From Felis catus (taxonomy: Eukaryota): a DNA stretch of 64,000 bases. Location of the stretch: positions 24,244,001 to 24,308,000 of the forward strand of contig NC_058368.1 of assembly GCF_018350175.1 (NCBI RefSeq), in the 5' to 3' direction. A model generated the notes under the pieces. The model had not been told where the DNA came from and did not search any database. It worked only from the letters and a program-made list of their open reading frames with translations. Positions 26,641-41,052 of this stretch are shown one piece after another (within the stretch, counting starts at the first letter, position 1; each line of letters starts with the position of its first letter). The translations under genes and the position numbers were made by a program.

Positions 26641-28189
26641 CCAGTTTAATTTTTTTCTCCCTTTAAAATTTTAATTCCAGAGTAGTTAACCCACAGTGTT
26701 AGACCGGCTCTTTTTTACGCTATATTGCACATCGTATGTACCAGGCGGTCACAAAGTTGATCTAAATTGGCGAGGAAAAAAAATGCTACAACAAGACAGA
26801 TTTCAAATTAAAAATGGCAAATTATCAGTATCAGGGGACAAGAGAGCTGCCTTCACTTTCTAGGATGAAGGTCACTTGGTACCAGCTTGTAAAGTAGATC
26901 TACACTATTTTAGCTATCATCTATGCCAAGTACTTCATCTACTCTGGGCCTCACATGTAATGAGCATCTTGGAGGAGCTGTTTTCAAGGTCATTAGGTCC
27001 AGGAAAGTGTGGTTTAATACATTAAACTATATATAAAATATATAAGCTATGAAAACTCATTTATATACAACAAAGTAGGTTTTGTATTTTCCTGTTTCTG
27101 GATCCAGAACTGTGTTACTTCGAAAGCTCCTCCCCAAATAGGAAATGGGCCAATAGGACGTGTACCTTCAAGCCTTTGCTCCCGTGCTCATTTTCTGGAG
27201 AAGCCTACCTGACCCCATCTGGAGAACTTCTCACATTCTTTCCTGTCTACCCTTCCATCCACCCTACCCAGCTTATTACCTTCTTTTTATGTGTATTTAT
27301 GTTTATCTTCAGCTTCCCCCATTGGAATCTATGTTCCATGAGGGTAGAAGTTTGTAATCTAGTACCTGATCAATCTCCAGCCCCCAACAATGTCTATCCA
27401 CCACAGTTGATGCTCAGTTTGTTCAAGGAGATAACAGAGGCACAGGATTTCCTAAAGAGGTAGGATTGGGACGCAGATACAGATCTTCTGGCTCAGTTAC
27501 TATCTCTACCTCTACCTGTCCTCAGGCCTCTAGGCATGGTCTGTGCTAGCTGGACCTAGGAGCTGAATGACCCCAGGAAAAGGGGGGACTAGGAGGCAGC
27601 AGAAGGATAAGTCAGCTTTCCGGGTAAACAGACTACCTGATCCAGCCGTATGTATGTGTTGGCCTCCTGGGTTAGTAACAGATGCACATCTCTGAAATCT
27701 ACAAAGGTGAGCTTTCAGAAGTCTAATCTCTCCAAGTCAGGACTGCCCAGAGTAATAAACACTTGATATTGAATTTTAATCTACAAAGCAATTTCTAAAA
27801 CTCTCCCAAGCGAATCCTCTTAGGATTCCCAGGATGTAGACAAAATAGCAGAACTTGAAAAGAATGAAGTGAGACCAACAGCAAAAAGGCCTCATGAGAT
27901 GGCTGGAAAGCCCAAAGGAGTTTACCTCGGTCTGAGCATCCCAATATTCCCATCACTGCTAACAACTTTTAGAACTTCCACTCCAGTGTCTACATATCCT
28001 GCTGTCATTCATAGGTCCTCACCAGTATCCTAGACTTATTTCCCCCTCATAGCACAAGTGATGTATATTTTCACATATACCCTAAGTGAACCCAAGATTT
28101 CCATTAAATCAAATAGTTCCATAAAGCTACCCATGAAGGAACCACTCGACCCGTGCATTGCTATTTAAACTTGAAAATATAAGAGGTAA

Positions 28190-28302
28190 TTATTCACACT
28201 GCTACATTTTCACTTTTCAGTAGACACATATGGCCAGTGACAACTGTGTAGGACAGCAGATATAGGACACTTCCATCACAGAAAGTTCCAATGGACAGCA
28301 CC
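28190..28302. mobile_element. MER3/MER33-like hAT fragment
   Basis: cacatatggccagtgacaactgtgtaggacagcagatataggacacttccatcacagaaagttccaatggacagcac. Confidence 0.7.
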
Positions 28303-28889
28303 ATTCCAGGTACAGCCCATGTGAACAGGTATATTCTGTATGTCAACCTGGTAGAGCTACGATGGTTTTGTATGGCAGTCTGTGGGAAGTCCTGGTGCTA
28401 GAACTTGTGCCCAATAGTCCCTTCAACACTTATGAATTTTGGGGCATTGCTTGGTCTCATACAGTCTTATGAGGACAGCAAGAGTTTTACTCTCCATCAG
28501 GGTTTTCTTGTTGACCTCGAGTCCTCAACAGCTGAGACTGTTCCCTCCCCACATGCACTAGTTTTTGTCAGCCAGCTGGCACTTCCTGGCCACATGAGAC
28601 TTAGGACAATCTAGTTTGCTATTCTCCTTCTTTGATGCATCAGGGTCTCCGTGTCCAAAATACAGGATTAGCTGTAATCCCAGAATATGGGGAGGGGTAG
28701 CAAAATCTCTTCCAATAGCAAGTAGCCAGATATGGAAATAGGAGAACTCAAGTTTGGTACTCATGGTTAACCCATAGACCAGTCTCCTAACGTCTCTCAA
28801 AATCTCTTGTCATTTGTTTAAGTATTCACATCTGCTGGAGGCCTGGCAGAATATTTTAACAGCAGGAAATAGAACATCAATTTTAGATC

Positions 28890-29540
28890 TTGGTGAGAAA
28901 TTAAACACAGGTTCTCCCAACCCAGAAAACCTCTCCACAAAACAACCGAGAGTTCTTAACTAAGAAGCATTGGTCAGCACATACTCTGTATCACAGGCAA
29001 CTTAAGACTGAGGAGACAGGGTGAATTTTCCTTTATTTAGCCAGGCAGGGACAGCCGGTTACCCATGTGGTCTGAAGCAACTGGTCCTTAAGTATACAGG
29101 ATTTGCCGGCAACACTTGTCTCACAAAGTTCATCCTAGACTTACCTGGTAATTGACATGACCTAACTATCTGTGTTAGCTAATTTGTTGTATACAATTGT
29201 GAATTTCTCATCTTTACGACAGGAGGCAGTTTTGCACATCAGTGGGAGGTATTGGCCAAACTAAAGATTCCACCTTCCTACAGAACCTGGTAGATGTAGC
29301 ATCCCTCTTGTAAGATCTCCTTTAATAATTACATTTCAAAAGGATGGCTTCCTGATCCTTAAGATATCCCCTAGTTTTAAGACTCACAATAAGCTTGTAA
29401 GATGACTTAAAATTCAACAAGGCCAAGAAAGAATATACCATAACAATTTGATCAAAGAAAATGCCTTAAGAAAAGGAAGGGGAAGGTCTCTCCCCTTATT
29501 AAGGGGAATTAAGCCTTTTTTCACTTGTATTTGTCCTTCA
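28890..29540 (-). mobile_element. ERV1-class solo LTR (family uncertain)
   Basis: Minus strand starts TGAAGGACAAATACAAGTG...GCTTAATTCCCC; ~650 bp with LTR-like content. Confidence 0.5.
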
Positions 29541-31394
29541 AGTCTTCATAAGCAATAGGCTATTTCCAATTTGTATCTTGACTTATAATGAAACCTTATC
29601 TAATCGTTGGGAAAGCAAATCTGAATTAAAGCATCTTAAGTGCCTATTAATTTTACCCTCATGTGCACATAGTAAACTAGGGTTATACCAAAGAGAAGGC
29701 AGTGAACATAGGTCCTTGATATCTTCTCCCACTGAATTAAACAGTTATGTAAGTAGTGAATTCACACCAATGCGGACCATGTACCTAAAAGCAGTGTAGA
29801 CATCTTAATATTTCCAATAACTTATTTGAGGTTATAGAAATGTCATTTTGTAGATTGCATATATGAGAAATACTTGTGTGAAGTAGTGATAGTTTTATTA
29901 TAGGAACTGAAGAACCTAATTTTTCTTGGATGGGTTGCATGACAGGCCTTACTATAGGTCTGACTTGTGTTATTGAAAATGTCGTATGTAACAATGATGC
30001 ACTCCTATCAGCTTTGTCATTGTGTAGGCAAACTCAAACAACCCTATTTCTTAGCAGTTGATTCCAGTACTTGATAAACATCAGTCAGGAGTCCTAGCAT
30101 CATTCACCTCAAGAGCAGTCAGCTATGGTCCACATATTTCATGCTCCTAGAGATCTTAATGACAATCAAGTGGTCAGAACAGTACCAAGATTGTTATATA
30201 CTCTTTAAATACATATACCTATTAACCCAGTTAATTTGTGGTTGAATAGTTGAATGTTTAAACACCCAGAGGTTTGATTATTTTAGGTACTCAGAATTGA
30301 GAGGGAAGGGTTCTGAAAGAGCTTTTAGTAACTTTTCCAAAGGCTTACCAGACTTTAGGAGGAGTTTGAGAGGTGTTCACTAGGCTTAGATGCTAAGAAA
30401 GTCCTTCTGCCCACCCCCCGCCCCGACACCTGCTCATGTCTCCACCCTCTTTTTACCCAACTTGTTCCATATCTCCCTTCAGACCTGCCTTGACTTTCCC
30501 ACACCAGTCTTGCTCCTGCTTCAGGGGTCAAGGACTTCCTCTCCCACCCACTATTCACTTCACTTCCTATTCTTCCTTTAGGTCTGAACCCCAAATTTTT
30601 TAAACTACTAGGTTTTACTACTGGAGCCACTACTAGCTAGAGGACATGGAGTTAGTGAACCCAACGTAAGTCATTATCAGTTTAACAGAAACCACTCACA
30701 ACTTTATTTCCCCTCACTGGTCAGCCAAATTCTCATTCTTCTTCCTATTTCTGGGGTTTCTCACTAGGGGCTTCTAGGTCCCAGTATGCCACATTTAAAA
30801 CCATAGTTCTACTTCTTTTCCAGCTAATTTTCTTTTGTTTATATTAGACTGTATAGTGAAACAGTTTATCTTCCCCATTTATTTGGATTGAACTGATCTT
30901 ATAGTGCTTACCTCTAGACTCTTTGGTTGTGATACCTACCACAGTAGGCTCGAAATGATCTAATACACAAAATCCCTACCACCACTGCCCCCTAAGAACT
31001 GCTTGCCACGAGTCTATTTCTTCCAACGTGTGATATGCTTGAGCTTTGAGCTGCTTGGTTCCCAACTCTAGATGTAGTTCCTACATGCTGTGTAGTAACT
31101 GTTGAGTTTTAAGTATACTTTCAGAAGGTACAGTAATTTCCTTCATTAGAACAGAGTCAGACAAGAAACTTCCCCATCTTCATCAAGTACTCTGTTGCAT
31201 GCTTGGATAGAGATCATTTAAACCAACTCATTTCTTATGAAATAAACTAGTAGGTCTTAGACCCCTGATCCAGAAACTAAAGGACAGGCAACAGCAACAC
31301 AGAATCTTGTCTGTGAGGTTGCCTCCCTAATAAATTCAGTATTTACCATCTTAAGCTCTTCAGTAATATATCAAGGTATGACAACTGCCATCAG

Positions 31395-31570
31395 TAAGCC
31401 TGCGTGGCTCAATTGTGTGCCCCAGTCTTGGGAGGGCTTGGGAGTCTTGGGAGTTTGTGGGTCTGAGCCCTACATTGGGCTCTGCGTCAACAGTGCAGAA
31501 GCTACTTGGGATTCTCTCCTCCTCCCCCTTCCCCTCCCCGTTCAAAGAAAGTTTAAAGAAAAAAAAAAAT
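31395..31570 (+). mobile_element. Degenerate CanSINE
   Basis: gcctgcgtggctcaatt...gagccctacattgggctctgcgtcaacagtgcagaagctacttgggattctctc plus A tail. Confidence 0.75.
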
Positions 31571-31736
31571 GGAAATTGACTTGAGTTGGACAATTAGTGA
31601 TTGGGGAAGTTGGCAGTAGAAACAGAGCCAGAGAAGGAGCCTCCTCTTCAGAGGAGAGCAGGTAAAAACCAAGTTCTCTACACATACACGCACAGGAATA
31701 CAAGAATAATTGTTGGTAAAGGAATCTGAAAGCCCA

Positions 31737-32085
31737 GTGTAGTGGGTTGAATAGTGCCTCTCCCCATCCCACGTTCACCTGCACCCAGCACTTCAGAATG
31801 TGACGGACTTTTCTGAGGTTGCTATAACACACCATCACTAGCAGCTTTCTTGTGGATTCTGTGGGATTTTCTAAATATAGAATCCTGCCATCCATGAATA
31901 GACGTAGTTTTAATTCTCTCCAATTTGGATGTTTTTTCTCTTGTCTAATTTCTCTGGCTAGAATTTTCTGTACAAATATTGAGTAGCAGCAGTAAAAGCA
32001 GGCATCCTTTCCTATTCCTTATTTTAAGGGGAAGGCTTTTGGTCTGAATATGTTAAGTGTGGGGTTTGCGCAAATGTCCTTTATC
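31737..32085. mobile_element. Internally deleted MLT1 LTR piece followed by an L1 fragment (minus strand)
   Basis: tgtagtgggttgaatagtgcctc (MLT1 start), then gggattttctaaatatagaatcctgccatcc...ctctggctagaa (L1). Confidence 0.65.
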
Positions 32086-33458
32086 TAGTATATAATCAGC
32101 ATTTAAATATTTTGGTCCACACTGGGATACCGTTTATGCAGAATGCCATAGTTTAAAAAAAAAAAAAAAAAAAGCCAGTGCGTTATGATACCAATGAAAA
32201 AGATTTTCATTGTATAAATAAATGCTCTTTACCATGAAAAAGAAAAATCCACTCTTCTCCCTTTGGAGTGTATTAGTCTCCCCCTCTTTCATATGCTGAT
32301 TTCCCAATCATCCATTCTACCTGCTTCAGTCCCCACAGGACTTCTATTTGGGTTAAGGTTTTAGTTGAGCTAGTAGGTTCCAAGTTCCTACCTCTTCCAG
32401 AAAGGAGTGTTCAGGAACAAAGAACTAGGAAGTTGGGGGGGGGGGGGGAATCAAGATGCTTGATACAATGAATGAATCTGATTGAAAAATTGTAGGAAGG
32501 TGGGAGAGCTCATTTGAGAACAGGCCTTTCCATGGTCTCCCAAACTATATCCTAGAAGCAGGTTCACTCCTTTGTCCACAGCTGACTGGGGGTTGTCCAT
32601 GGAGGGAGGAGGGGAACCCGTTTAAGTACTTGTTGTTGCCGGTCATGTGCCTGGAGATAATCCAAGTTTAATAATGGCCTGGGGGATAAGGGAAGAAAAA
32701 TTTTTACCATCTCCAAATATGTCAGGGAGGAGGAAGCTGCTTAGGAGAAGAAAATCGCATTCTTGTGTACAGTAGCCCAAGCTTCCCGACTTCAGAAACG
32801 CTAACACTCCATAGGATTTGATTTATTCTCCTTCTCACTTCTAAGCTTTTCTCCTCCATTTCCCTCTGAACGTGATTTCAGTTCAGTTTCCTACCAGCTG
32901 TTATGAAATAACTAGGACGTTTTGAAAGGATAAATTCCTATTCCCCCCCCACACACTCAGTCAGCTCCCCATTCCTGCCTCCAACAAAAACATCTGGCAT
33001 GTCTAATTTTAAATCAACCTTTCCAATATGGTAATTAAAAGATATATATCTGGATTTGCATTCGTTTGTAGGAATTCTTCCTGCAAGCCATTCATTTTTC
33101 ATCAAGCTCCCTGTGCTTTTCATTACTTCCTTCCTCACCTCCTCCCTGTGGGTTAACCTGAGTAAGCAGACGAATTTCACTCCAGGCTCATGTGCTCTGC
33201 ACAAGTCCAACTATTAGCATATGTTAATAGTAACCCATCATAGTTCACTATTTCAGTAATGGAATCTGTCAGTCAGCCCCTGATGGCCATTAATGACCAC
33301 TTTGTTGATAAATACGGGATAACTTCAACAATATTAATTTTAAGCAAATAAAATATGTTCTGATTAAGAACTCATTCTGCCCAGTGGGGATCCAATTAAG
33401 CCAGCTTCTGGAGGAAGGTTCATTCAGGATCTCTCAGTCGTAGAAACTTAAGCTTGAC

Positions 33459-33655
33459 TGGGCTGCCTGGGTGGCTCAGTCCGTTAAGCATCTGACTTGG
33501 GCTCTGGTCATGATCTCGAGGTCCAGGAGTTTGAGCCCCACATGGGGCTCTGTGCTGACAGCTCAGAGCCCAGAGCCTGCTTCAGATCCCGACTCCCTCT
33601 CTCTCTCTGCCCCTCCCCTACTCACACGCTCTCAAAAATGAATAAACCTTAAAAA
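33459..33655 (+). mobile_element. CanSINE
   Basis: gggctgcctgggtggctcagtccgttaagc head and aaaaatgaataaa tail. Confidence 0.94.
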
Positions 33656-34306
33656 ACTTAAGAAACTTGTACTCCATACAGCTCTCCTCTTCGAAAGCAA
33701 GGCAACTTTGTCCTTCTTTCAAAACAAAGGGTGATAGCTCTGCAATCCTCCCTGGCCACAGACCTCCCCATCTCCAACCTTAACACGCACAGACCCACCC
33801 GCTTACCATTTCTGACACTACAGGTTTTCTTCCGTTTTTCATGTTACCATTGCCCATCTCAAATTCTAAAGGTTTCCATGTATCATAAACCAGCATAAAG
33901 CAGATTCTGACCGTGAATTAGGAGTGTAGTCACAGGGGACCGTCAAAAGATTTCACTGACCTATTCAACACAGACACCAAGGACCTTTCAGTAAGAATGA
34001 CAACTATATAAACAAAAAGCAGGATTTGAAGCTGACGGAAGTGCTCTGAACACATAGTCCATAGTTCCCACTATTATGATACTATTTAGAGAAGGTGTTC
34101 AAGGAGAGCTTTTCACATTTCAGCTGAAACTTTAAAAATAGAGCAGCCATATAACATCTTGAGGCCTTGGACAAGTTATTAAAAAGCTTTTCTTACCGAT
34201 ATCTGTATCTGACTTGGGAAAGAAATCCGTCCTACCAATTCTAAGCCCTAGTACTTTTCCCTCCACGTGTTGAATACGGATACCTCTTTAGAAAACAAAG
34301 TAATTT

Positions 34307-34492
34307 GGGGCACCTGGGTGGCTCAGTTGGTGTAGTGTCCGACTTTGGCACGGGTCAGGATCTCGAGGTCTGTGAGTTGGACCCCACGTCAGGCTCTGTG
34401 TGGACAGCTCAGAGCCTGGAGTCTGTTTCAGATTCTGTGTCTCCCTCTCCCCCCCTCTGCTCCTCCCCTGCTCACACTCTCTCACCCTCTCT

Positions 34493-34528
<36 letters not shown>
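34307..34528 (+). mobile_element. CanSINE with long pure poly(A) tail
   Basis: ggggcacctgggtggctcag head; ~34 A; TSD aaagtaattt. Confidence 0.95.
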
Positions 34529-34529
<1 letters not shown>

Positions 34530-34699
34530 AAAAGTAATTTTGCAGAGTGAAAATTCCGAAGCCTCAATATGGATATAAACAGGTAAAAGGGACATCACTG
34601 CAAATTCTTTACTGCAGATGGAAGTAAAAGTTGCTTTTTCTCATAGTGACTGCCACTTCTAATGCTTCAGTAACTCATGACTTGAGTCAGACAAAAAAC

Positions 34700-36170
34700 C
34701 GAGGTTTGTGACCCACCTACACTGCTTTCCCTAAAACTCCCTCTTATCATCACCCATCTGGTGTCCTTACCAAGTGACCCGCCATCAGCCAAGTCAGAAC
34801 CCGGAGCACCATTCTTGCCTTCCTGCCTGAGTCCATGGCTCCATCTACCATTTCTGTCTCAGTAGTGCCTGGATTCACCCTTTCTCCATCCCCTCTGCCT
34901 CAGTTTGTAACTTCTTTTTTTGACAGGAGTAGTACTGTGTTCTCCTAAGTAGCGTGACTTATTCCCACTTCCTGTACTCCTGCTAGTCACTTAGGTTTCT
35001 AAAGCACAAATGAGAGGAGGTCTCTCCCCTGTCTGAAACCTTATTGGCTCCTTCCTAGTCCCTTAGGCATAGAACAGGCCATGGAAGACCTCATGATTCC
35101 TGCCTTCCTACTCCATCTCAATCCCCTATACCATGTACAGTTCCTCGATGCATTCTGGTCTCTTTCACCAACCTGCTCCTTTCTGGAGCACCTTTACCTT
35201 CTTTACCACCCAACTACTACTATTCATCCTTCAAAACTCAGCTCAGTACTGCTTTCTGGGGTCCTCCTCCAACAGCAGTTCTGAGCGACTCCTCCTCCTG
35301 CAAGAGTCTCTAGCACCTTCCCTCTCCAGGTCTCATGAATCTGTTTACCTGAGAGCTCTACTTGGATATGCCCTGTCTCCCAATTAGTGTGTCTCGAGGT
35401 AACTTCCTTTCCTTTTCTCGAAAACTGATCCTTCTCCTGGAGTTCAAGTTCCATGGGGGGGGGGGGGGGGGGGGGGAGGGGGGTGTACCACTCTAATAAC
35501 CTTAAGAAACAGAAACACACTTCAGTCTTCTGCTTCTCCTTCATACCCACTAAATTCTACCAGTTCTATTTTTTAGTAGCTCCTGTATCCCACACTGCCA
35601 CTGTTGGTCACTTCTCCCCTTGTTTACTGCATCAGCCCCATTACTAACCTAATTCCTTTCTAATCCTTTTTTTTTTTTTTTTTTTTTTTTTTACACTGCC
35701 AGGCAACTCCTCTGATCCTTTTCACTAAGATTTAATGGCAACCGGTTGCTCTCAGGATAAAAGTAAAACTTCAAATGGCTCACAATGCCCTTCTTGCATA
35801 CCTCTCCAAGTTCTTGTCTCTTGAGGATCCGCCTAGTGAATTACTTTCAGTTCCTATTATGTGCTGTGCTTTTCTGCCTCTAGGCAATTTGTCCAGTTTG
35901 CCTGAATATATACCCTTCTTATTTAGAGTCATAACTTAGAGTCCCTCTCTACAGAAAGCGTTCTTGATCAGTCCTCAAATTCAAGTCAAATGTGCTCCAT
36001 GGTTTCTTCACAGCACCAGTTACCATGAACCTGTTACCATGAATTCTTAATGCCTCCTACTGAACTATAAACTTCATGAGGCCAGAGACTGGCTGTTTTG
36101 GCCAGGCATCCACCCTGCTTAGCATCATGCGTGACACTTAGTTGACATCCAGAAAGGATTTGCAGGATGA
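34700..36170 (-). mobile_element. Degraded L2 fragments
   Basis: Pyrimidine-rich tract with L2-like phrases (actataaacttcatgaggccagagactgg...gcttagcatcatgcgtgacacttag). Confidence 0.5.
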
Positions 36171-36276
36171 GTCAGTAATTAGATCATGAAATCCCTTTAA
36201 CCTAAGTTATGAGGATTTTAAGAAGAAACTGATCCCAGGATCAAAGTACTTGGATCGTAAATATAACCATCACCAT

Positions 36277-36490
36277 GGGGCACCTGGGTGGCTCAGTCAG
36301 TTAAGTGTCAGACTTCAGCTAAGGCCATGATCTCTTGGTTCGTGAGTTCCAGCCCCAGGCCAGGCTCTGCTGACAGCTCAGAGCCTGGAGCCTGTTTCAG
36401 ATTCTGCATCTTCCCTCTCTCTGCCCTTCGCACTCATGCTTGGTCTCCCAAAAAATGAACATTTAAAAAAAAAACAAAAAAACAAAACCC
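36277..36490 (+). mobile_element. CanSINE
   Basis: Canonical head and tail; TSD aaccatcac. Confidence 0.94.
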
Positions 36491-37814
36491 ACAACCATCA
36501 CTCTACTCTTCTAGGGGTCCTTTCATCCTTGTGTTGTTAGTAAGAGTCGAAGCCTGCTAAGAAAGAACACGTTTATCTTCCCTTTTACCAGCTTTAGGGT
36601 CTCAGACTCCTATCCACTTAAAAGGATAGGATAACCAAGCTTCATGTCCACTTCGAGGACTGCTATTAAAAACTCTGCATTTTTTTAACTTCTTGAGTTT
36701 CAGAAGCTTGGATCAGAGTGAATGAAGGAACACCTTACATCTTTACTTCCGACTTGTCTGCCTAGGAAAAATAGAGGCTACCTCCACTTATTGAGGGTTC
36801 ACTGTCCACTTAGGAGATAGTGCCTATGTATGTGCTTTCATTTCACATCTTTTCTAAACTGCATATTTGATTACAAAGCCACAGGGGATTGCTGGGTTTT
36901 TGTTTAATGAAAAATTTTTTAATGGAGATCGACTACTTCAAGTGGGGACTCTTACAAAAGAAGGAAGCACTGGCAGGGAGAAAAATCACCTGAATCTTGT
37001 TCCCAGCCCACTGTCATGACAGTCCATTTTCCCCATGTATCAGAGATGAAGTAGCACCAAGGATTGCTTTATTCCAGGTCTTTTGTGCTCCATTCACAAA
37101 GTCTCTCATCTCAGAGGTCAGTGTACGAGCGAGGAAGGGGGGGGTAGGTGCTAGACGGCAGTAGCTAGAGGAGGAAAAACCACTTGCCCCGATGCCCAGG
37201 GCTGTTGAAGATTTTTGCTTACTGTTACATTTAGAGACTTCACCCACATCATAGCTTAAATAGGATTTCATGTGGTCTACTGATCTGTAATTATCTGAAC
37301 CGATCTGGCTGGGTTATAGTTTAGATATTCAAGTGTTTGAGGTTCCATATATTTTGGATATTTTTTTCCAAGTCTTAAGATTTTCTTAGGCCCTTCAGAA
37401 CACCAAAAGGTCCCCACTTACCCACCCACCTCAGACCTTTGCAGGGAGGGAAAGCTTTAGAGTTCTGTTCCTCCTCCCTTATCCCACCAGATTTTTACAT
37501 CACCATATGGGATAGGAGAACCCCACAAAAAGGGAAAGCCTAAGAAATAGGTGGCCAGGATGTCCCCCAGTTCAGAGCACTTCCCTCATTCACCCCACAG
37601 GAAGTGAAAAATCCAGCAGGCACCCCCACCTACCCGGAGATTCTCAGGTCTCACAAAAGGGTCCCCTCACTAGAAAAGTCTTTAAGTGGATCATGGGATA
37701 CTACCCTTCCCGAAGGTCAAATACCAGCCTTTTCCCTTCCAAACTATTCAATGAGGGTCTCTGAAGTCAACCAATCCATGGCACCCCTGCTCCTGAGAGG
37801 CAGACAGAAATAGG

Positions 37815-38222
37815 GTGTTGGATTCCTAGGGTTGCCATAACCAAATACTACCAACTAGGCAACTCAAACAAGAATTTACGGTCTCAATTCTGGAAGCTAC
37901 AAGTCCAAAGTAAAGATGTTGGCAGGGCCAATTCTTCAGGATGGCTCAGAGAATCCATGTCATGCCTCTCTCTCCCAGCTCCTGATGGTTTGCTGACAAT
38001 CTTCTCATTTCTTCAGTTGATGGACATCATCTAACTTCTACCTTCATCTTGATAGTGTTATCCCTGTGTGGTCCCCACCATCATTTCACCTCTTGTAAGG
38101 TCACCAGTTATATTGAGTTAGGGCTCACCCTAATGACCTTATTTTCACTTGTTCATCTCCAGAGATCCTATTTCCAAATGAGGACACATTCAGAGGTGCT
38201 AGGGGTTAGGATCTCAACATGA
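37815..38222 (-). mobile_element. MLT1 (MaLR) solo LTR
   Basis: ttcctagggttgccataaccaaatac...gttggcagggcca...ccctatttccaaatgaggacacattcagaggtgctaggggttaggat. Confidence 0.85.
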
Positions 38223-39319
38223 GAGGTGGGGGGGGGGGGCGCGGACAGAAAAGCATCTATGGTCTACTAGCCCCCATCAGTTTCAGCCTCAAATGTTCTT
38301 ACCACATCTGAGTTCTGTTAGGTAGACTAATAACCTCAAGGCAGATTCCAGCCTGCAGAGACTTGAGGTCAGATAGGGCCAGACCTGGAACAGTGAGATT
38401 TTATTCCAATATATTCTAATACGGACTCAAAAACAAAAACCATTAAGTCCAGACACAAAGTTTTATCACCTTCTACCAACAGCCAATCCAAGCCTGAAGT
38501 TACAGGAGGTTTAATGCCCCTCTTGTAGCCTAACAGAGGAATCTCATCAACTAAATTCTAGCCAATTCTAATAAGCGATCTTAACAGAAGGAAGCACTGA
38601 GGTGTGGCTCACAGCCACTGAGGAACCCCTAAGTCTGTGATTTTTTACCACCACCTACTAGATGGTTCTTCTATTCTCCGATAACTGATCCCTGGTCACT
38701 CATCAGTTAATGTTTCTATCCTATTCCCCCCACAACAGTTAACCTCCAGCTAATATCTAGGATTACCTCCTGGGAGCCCATTGCTGGTGCATACTTTTCT
38801 ATTTTATCCCATTTAATCCTCACAAGAACTCAGGGATAAATTTGTTTTGTGAAGTATCTAATCCCAGACTTGGCACTATGTGGCCTGGGTCTTCTCCAAT
38901 AACCCCTCAACTGGATAATGTTCTGAAGCAAAATATACAGGACACCGAAGACCAGGACCCTTCAGGCTGGTTTCCCTTCAGTTCTCCAGGTGCTGTCATG
39001 TAGGCAAGTGGATCAGGTTTACAAGAGGCAACTGGCAGTCCTAAGAGGGAAGTTGGTGAATCTTGGAACATAAAAGCTTTGGGAAAAAACCTTAGAGAAA
39101 GGGATTAGATCCATACATGGCAGACACGTAACCCAGATGGAAAAGCCAGAGAGCCACAGACAGGGTGGTTGGCTCCCTTTTGGAACCTCCACAAGGCCCT
39201 TGGCAGGGGCCCACCAGCCCAGGACCAAGCCAAGACAAACAACAGTGGTGGCCCAGGTCCTCCTCCAGCTGGTTGAGCAACTTCAGGATAGGCCCAGAGC
39301 CACCTAGATAAAGCTTAGG

Positions 39320-39472
39320 CTTTGTGGCACATTAGTATCACCTGTGGAGTTTTAAGGCCTCCTTATGCCTGAGGCCTCACCTGCAGCTCCTGAGAGACTC
39401 GGTTCATTCTAAGTATCAATATTTTTAAAGCTCCCAGGTGGTCCCAACATGCTCCAGGGTCGAGAACCACAG
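39320..39472. mobile_element. MER5A-like MITE
   Basis: cacattagtatcacctgtggagtttt...ttttaaagctcccaggtggtcccaacatgctccagggtcgagaaccac. Confidence 0.65.
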
Positions 39473-40624
39473 AATTTAGGCAAGTGGAGGGTGAAAGACC
39501 ACCTGTCTGGTCTTAGCTTTCTCTCCTCCTGCTCCTCCCAACCCAAGAAATTGGAATCTAGAGTAGCAGCCCAGACAGGTGTCCGTAGAGGGATCGGGGA
39601 AGGATGCAGGTAAATGGGGAGTGTGGGGGTGGAGGGAGCCTTAAGCCCACATTTTAATTCTAGAGGTGTTCTCTGCCCTCATTTCCTCCTTCCACTCCAG
39701 CCAGAATCACCAGGAGGGGAACAGAGTAGGGCTTCAGCTGCAGCCCCTTCTTCTGTTATATAGACTTGGTTGTGGTAGCTTATATCCCCAGAACAGTATT
39801 AACACACAAGAAAAAAATATTTCAGCATAGGAAAATCAAGTCTCTACAAAAGACACGTAACAAGTAGACCAACCTCTACCCCACAATTCAGAAGTAATAC
39901 ACGACACAAAGGAACAAAATGAGCAAAAAGAATAACGCAGCAATACTGGATGTAAAGACAGGTTAACATTAAAACTTACAAGATCTTTTGGGGGGGGGGG
40001 GAACAATGAAACCTTAAGATTATAGGACACCAAAGACTTAGCCTTTTCAATACAACACGTTTGTACTGGGATAGTTTAATGTTGTACGTTACAGGACTAA
40101 GATATTTGTTCTTCCCCAAATTAGCCCACGGTTTTGATGGTGTCAATTCAAATGCCGGTAGGACTTGAACTTGATGAAATTCCTGTAAAGATGTTTCTGG
40201 GAAAATAACCACAGCTTGCCTGGGGCAGAGGAAGGAACAAGGGAAAAGCCAGGGTCCTCACCCCCCAGACTGGGCCTCACTTTACCCTACTTGTCTACAG
40301 CTCTGAGTTACATTCTAATAGGCTAGAAAAAGTGAAAAGCATTGCTTACTTACAGCTTGCTCACAGAAAAATTTAAAAGTTAATACAGAAGTCTGAAGGT
40401 CATAAAAACCCAAGTCCATCCCCTTGAAGGATTCTCAAAGTGAAGATCACTCCAAACGCAAAGTAATGCCATTCAAAACAGTGGGAGCAGGGGAGCCCTC
40501 CACACAAGCAAACCTAGTCCTCCCAGGCCGAAGAGCAGCCCCCCACCCTCTCCAGGAGTGTGCACACCTACAGCAACATCCAAATGTTGGAGCAAGAATG
40601 GGGCCAGCCAACATACTTTCATTT

Positions 40625-41052
40625 ATTTTGCTGCTCTAAAACACTAGCACTTTTGTTAGCTAAAAAAACAAAACAAAACGTAAATTCAAAACTTACAGTT
40701 TCAGCTCAAGGTCCAAAACTGGTCTCACTGGGCCAAATTCAAAATGTCAGCAGGGCTATATCCCTTCCGGAGGCTTTAAGGGAAAAAGCGTCCACTTGAG
40801 ACTTCCAGCCTCCAGAGAACACCCGCCACTCTCTGCAAAGACAGAAGCACTCTGACATACCTCTCTGCCCTCCTCCTCCACTTTTAAGAACGCTAGTGAT
40901 TAAACCAGATCCATCCAGAAAACCCACGATCCTTGCCCTATTTGAAGGTCAGCGAATTAGCAGCCTTAATTACCCTTTGCTGTGGAACACATCGTATTCA
41001 GTTTCCAGGAGACAGATGGAAACTTTGGGGGGGATCGTTATTTCTACCACAA
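40625..41052 (-). mobile_element. MLT1 solo LTR
   Basis: caaaatgtcagcagggct...cccttccggaggctttaagggaaaa...cagtttccagg...tttctaccaca. Confidence 0.75.

Noticed and set aside
36019..36043. Short direct repeat GTTACCATGAA x2 (similar micro-duplications near 9815-9853 and 49040-49082)
   Set aside because: Ordinary slippage products with only two copies; not an array or CRISPR-like structure.
36609..36630. 7-bp stem hairpin CCTATCC/GGATAGG
   Set aside because: Expected by chance in 64 kb.
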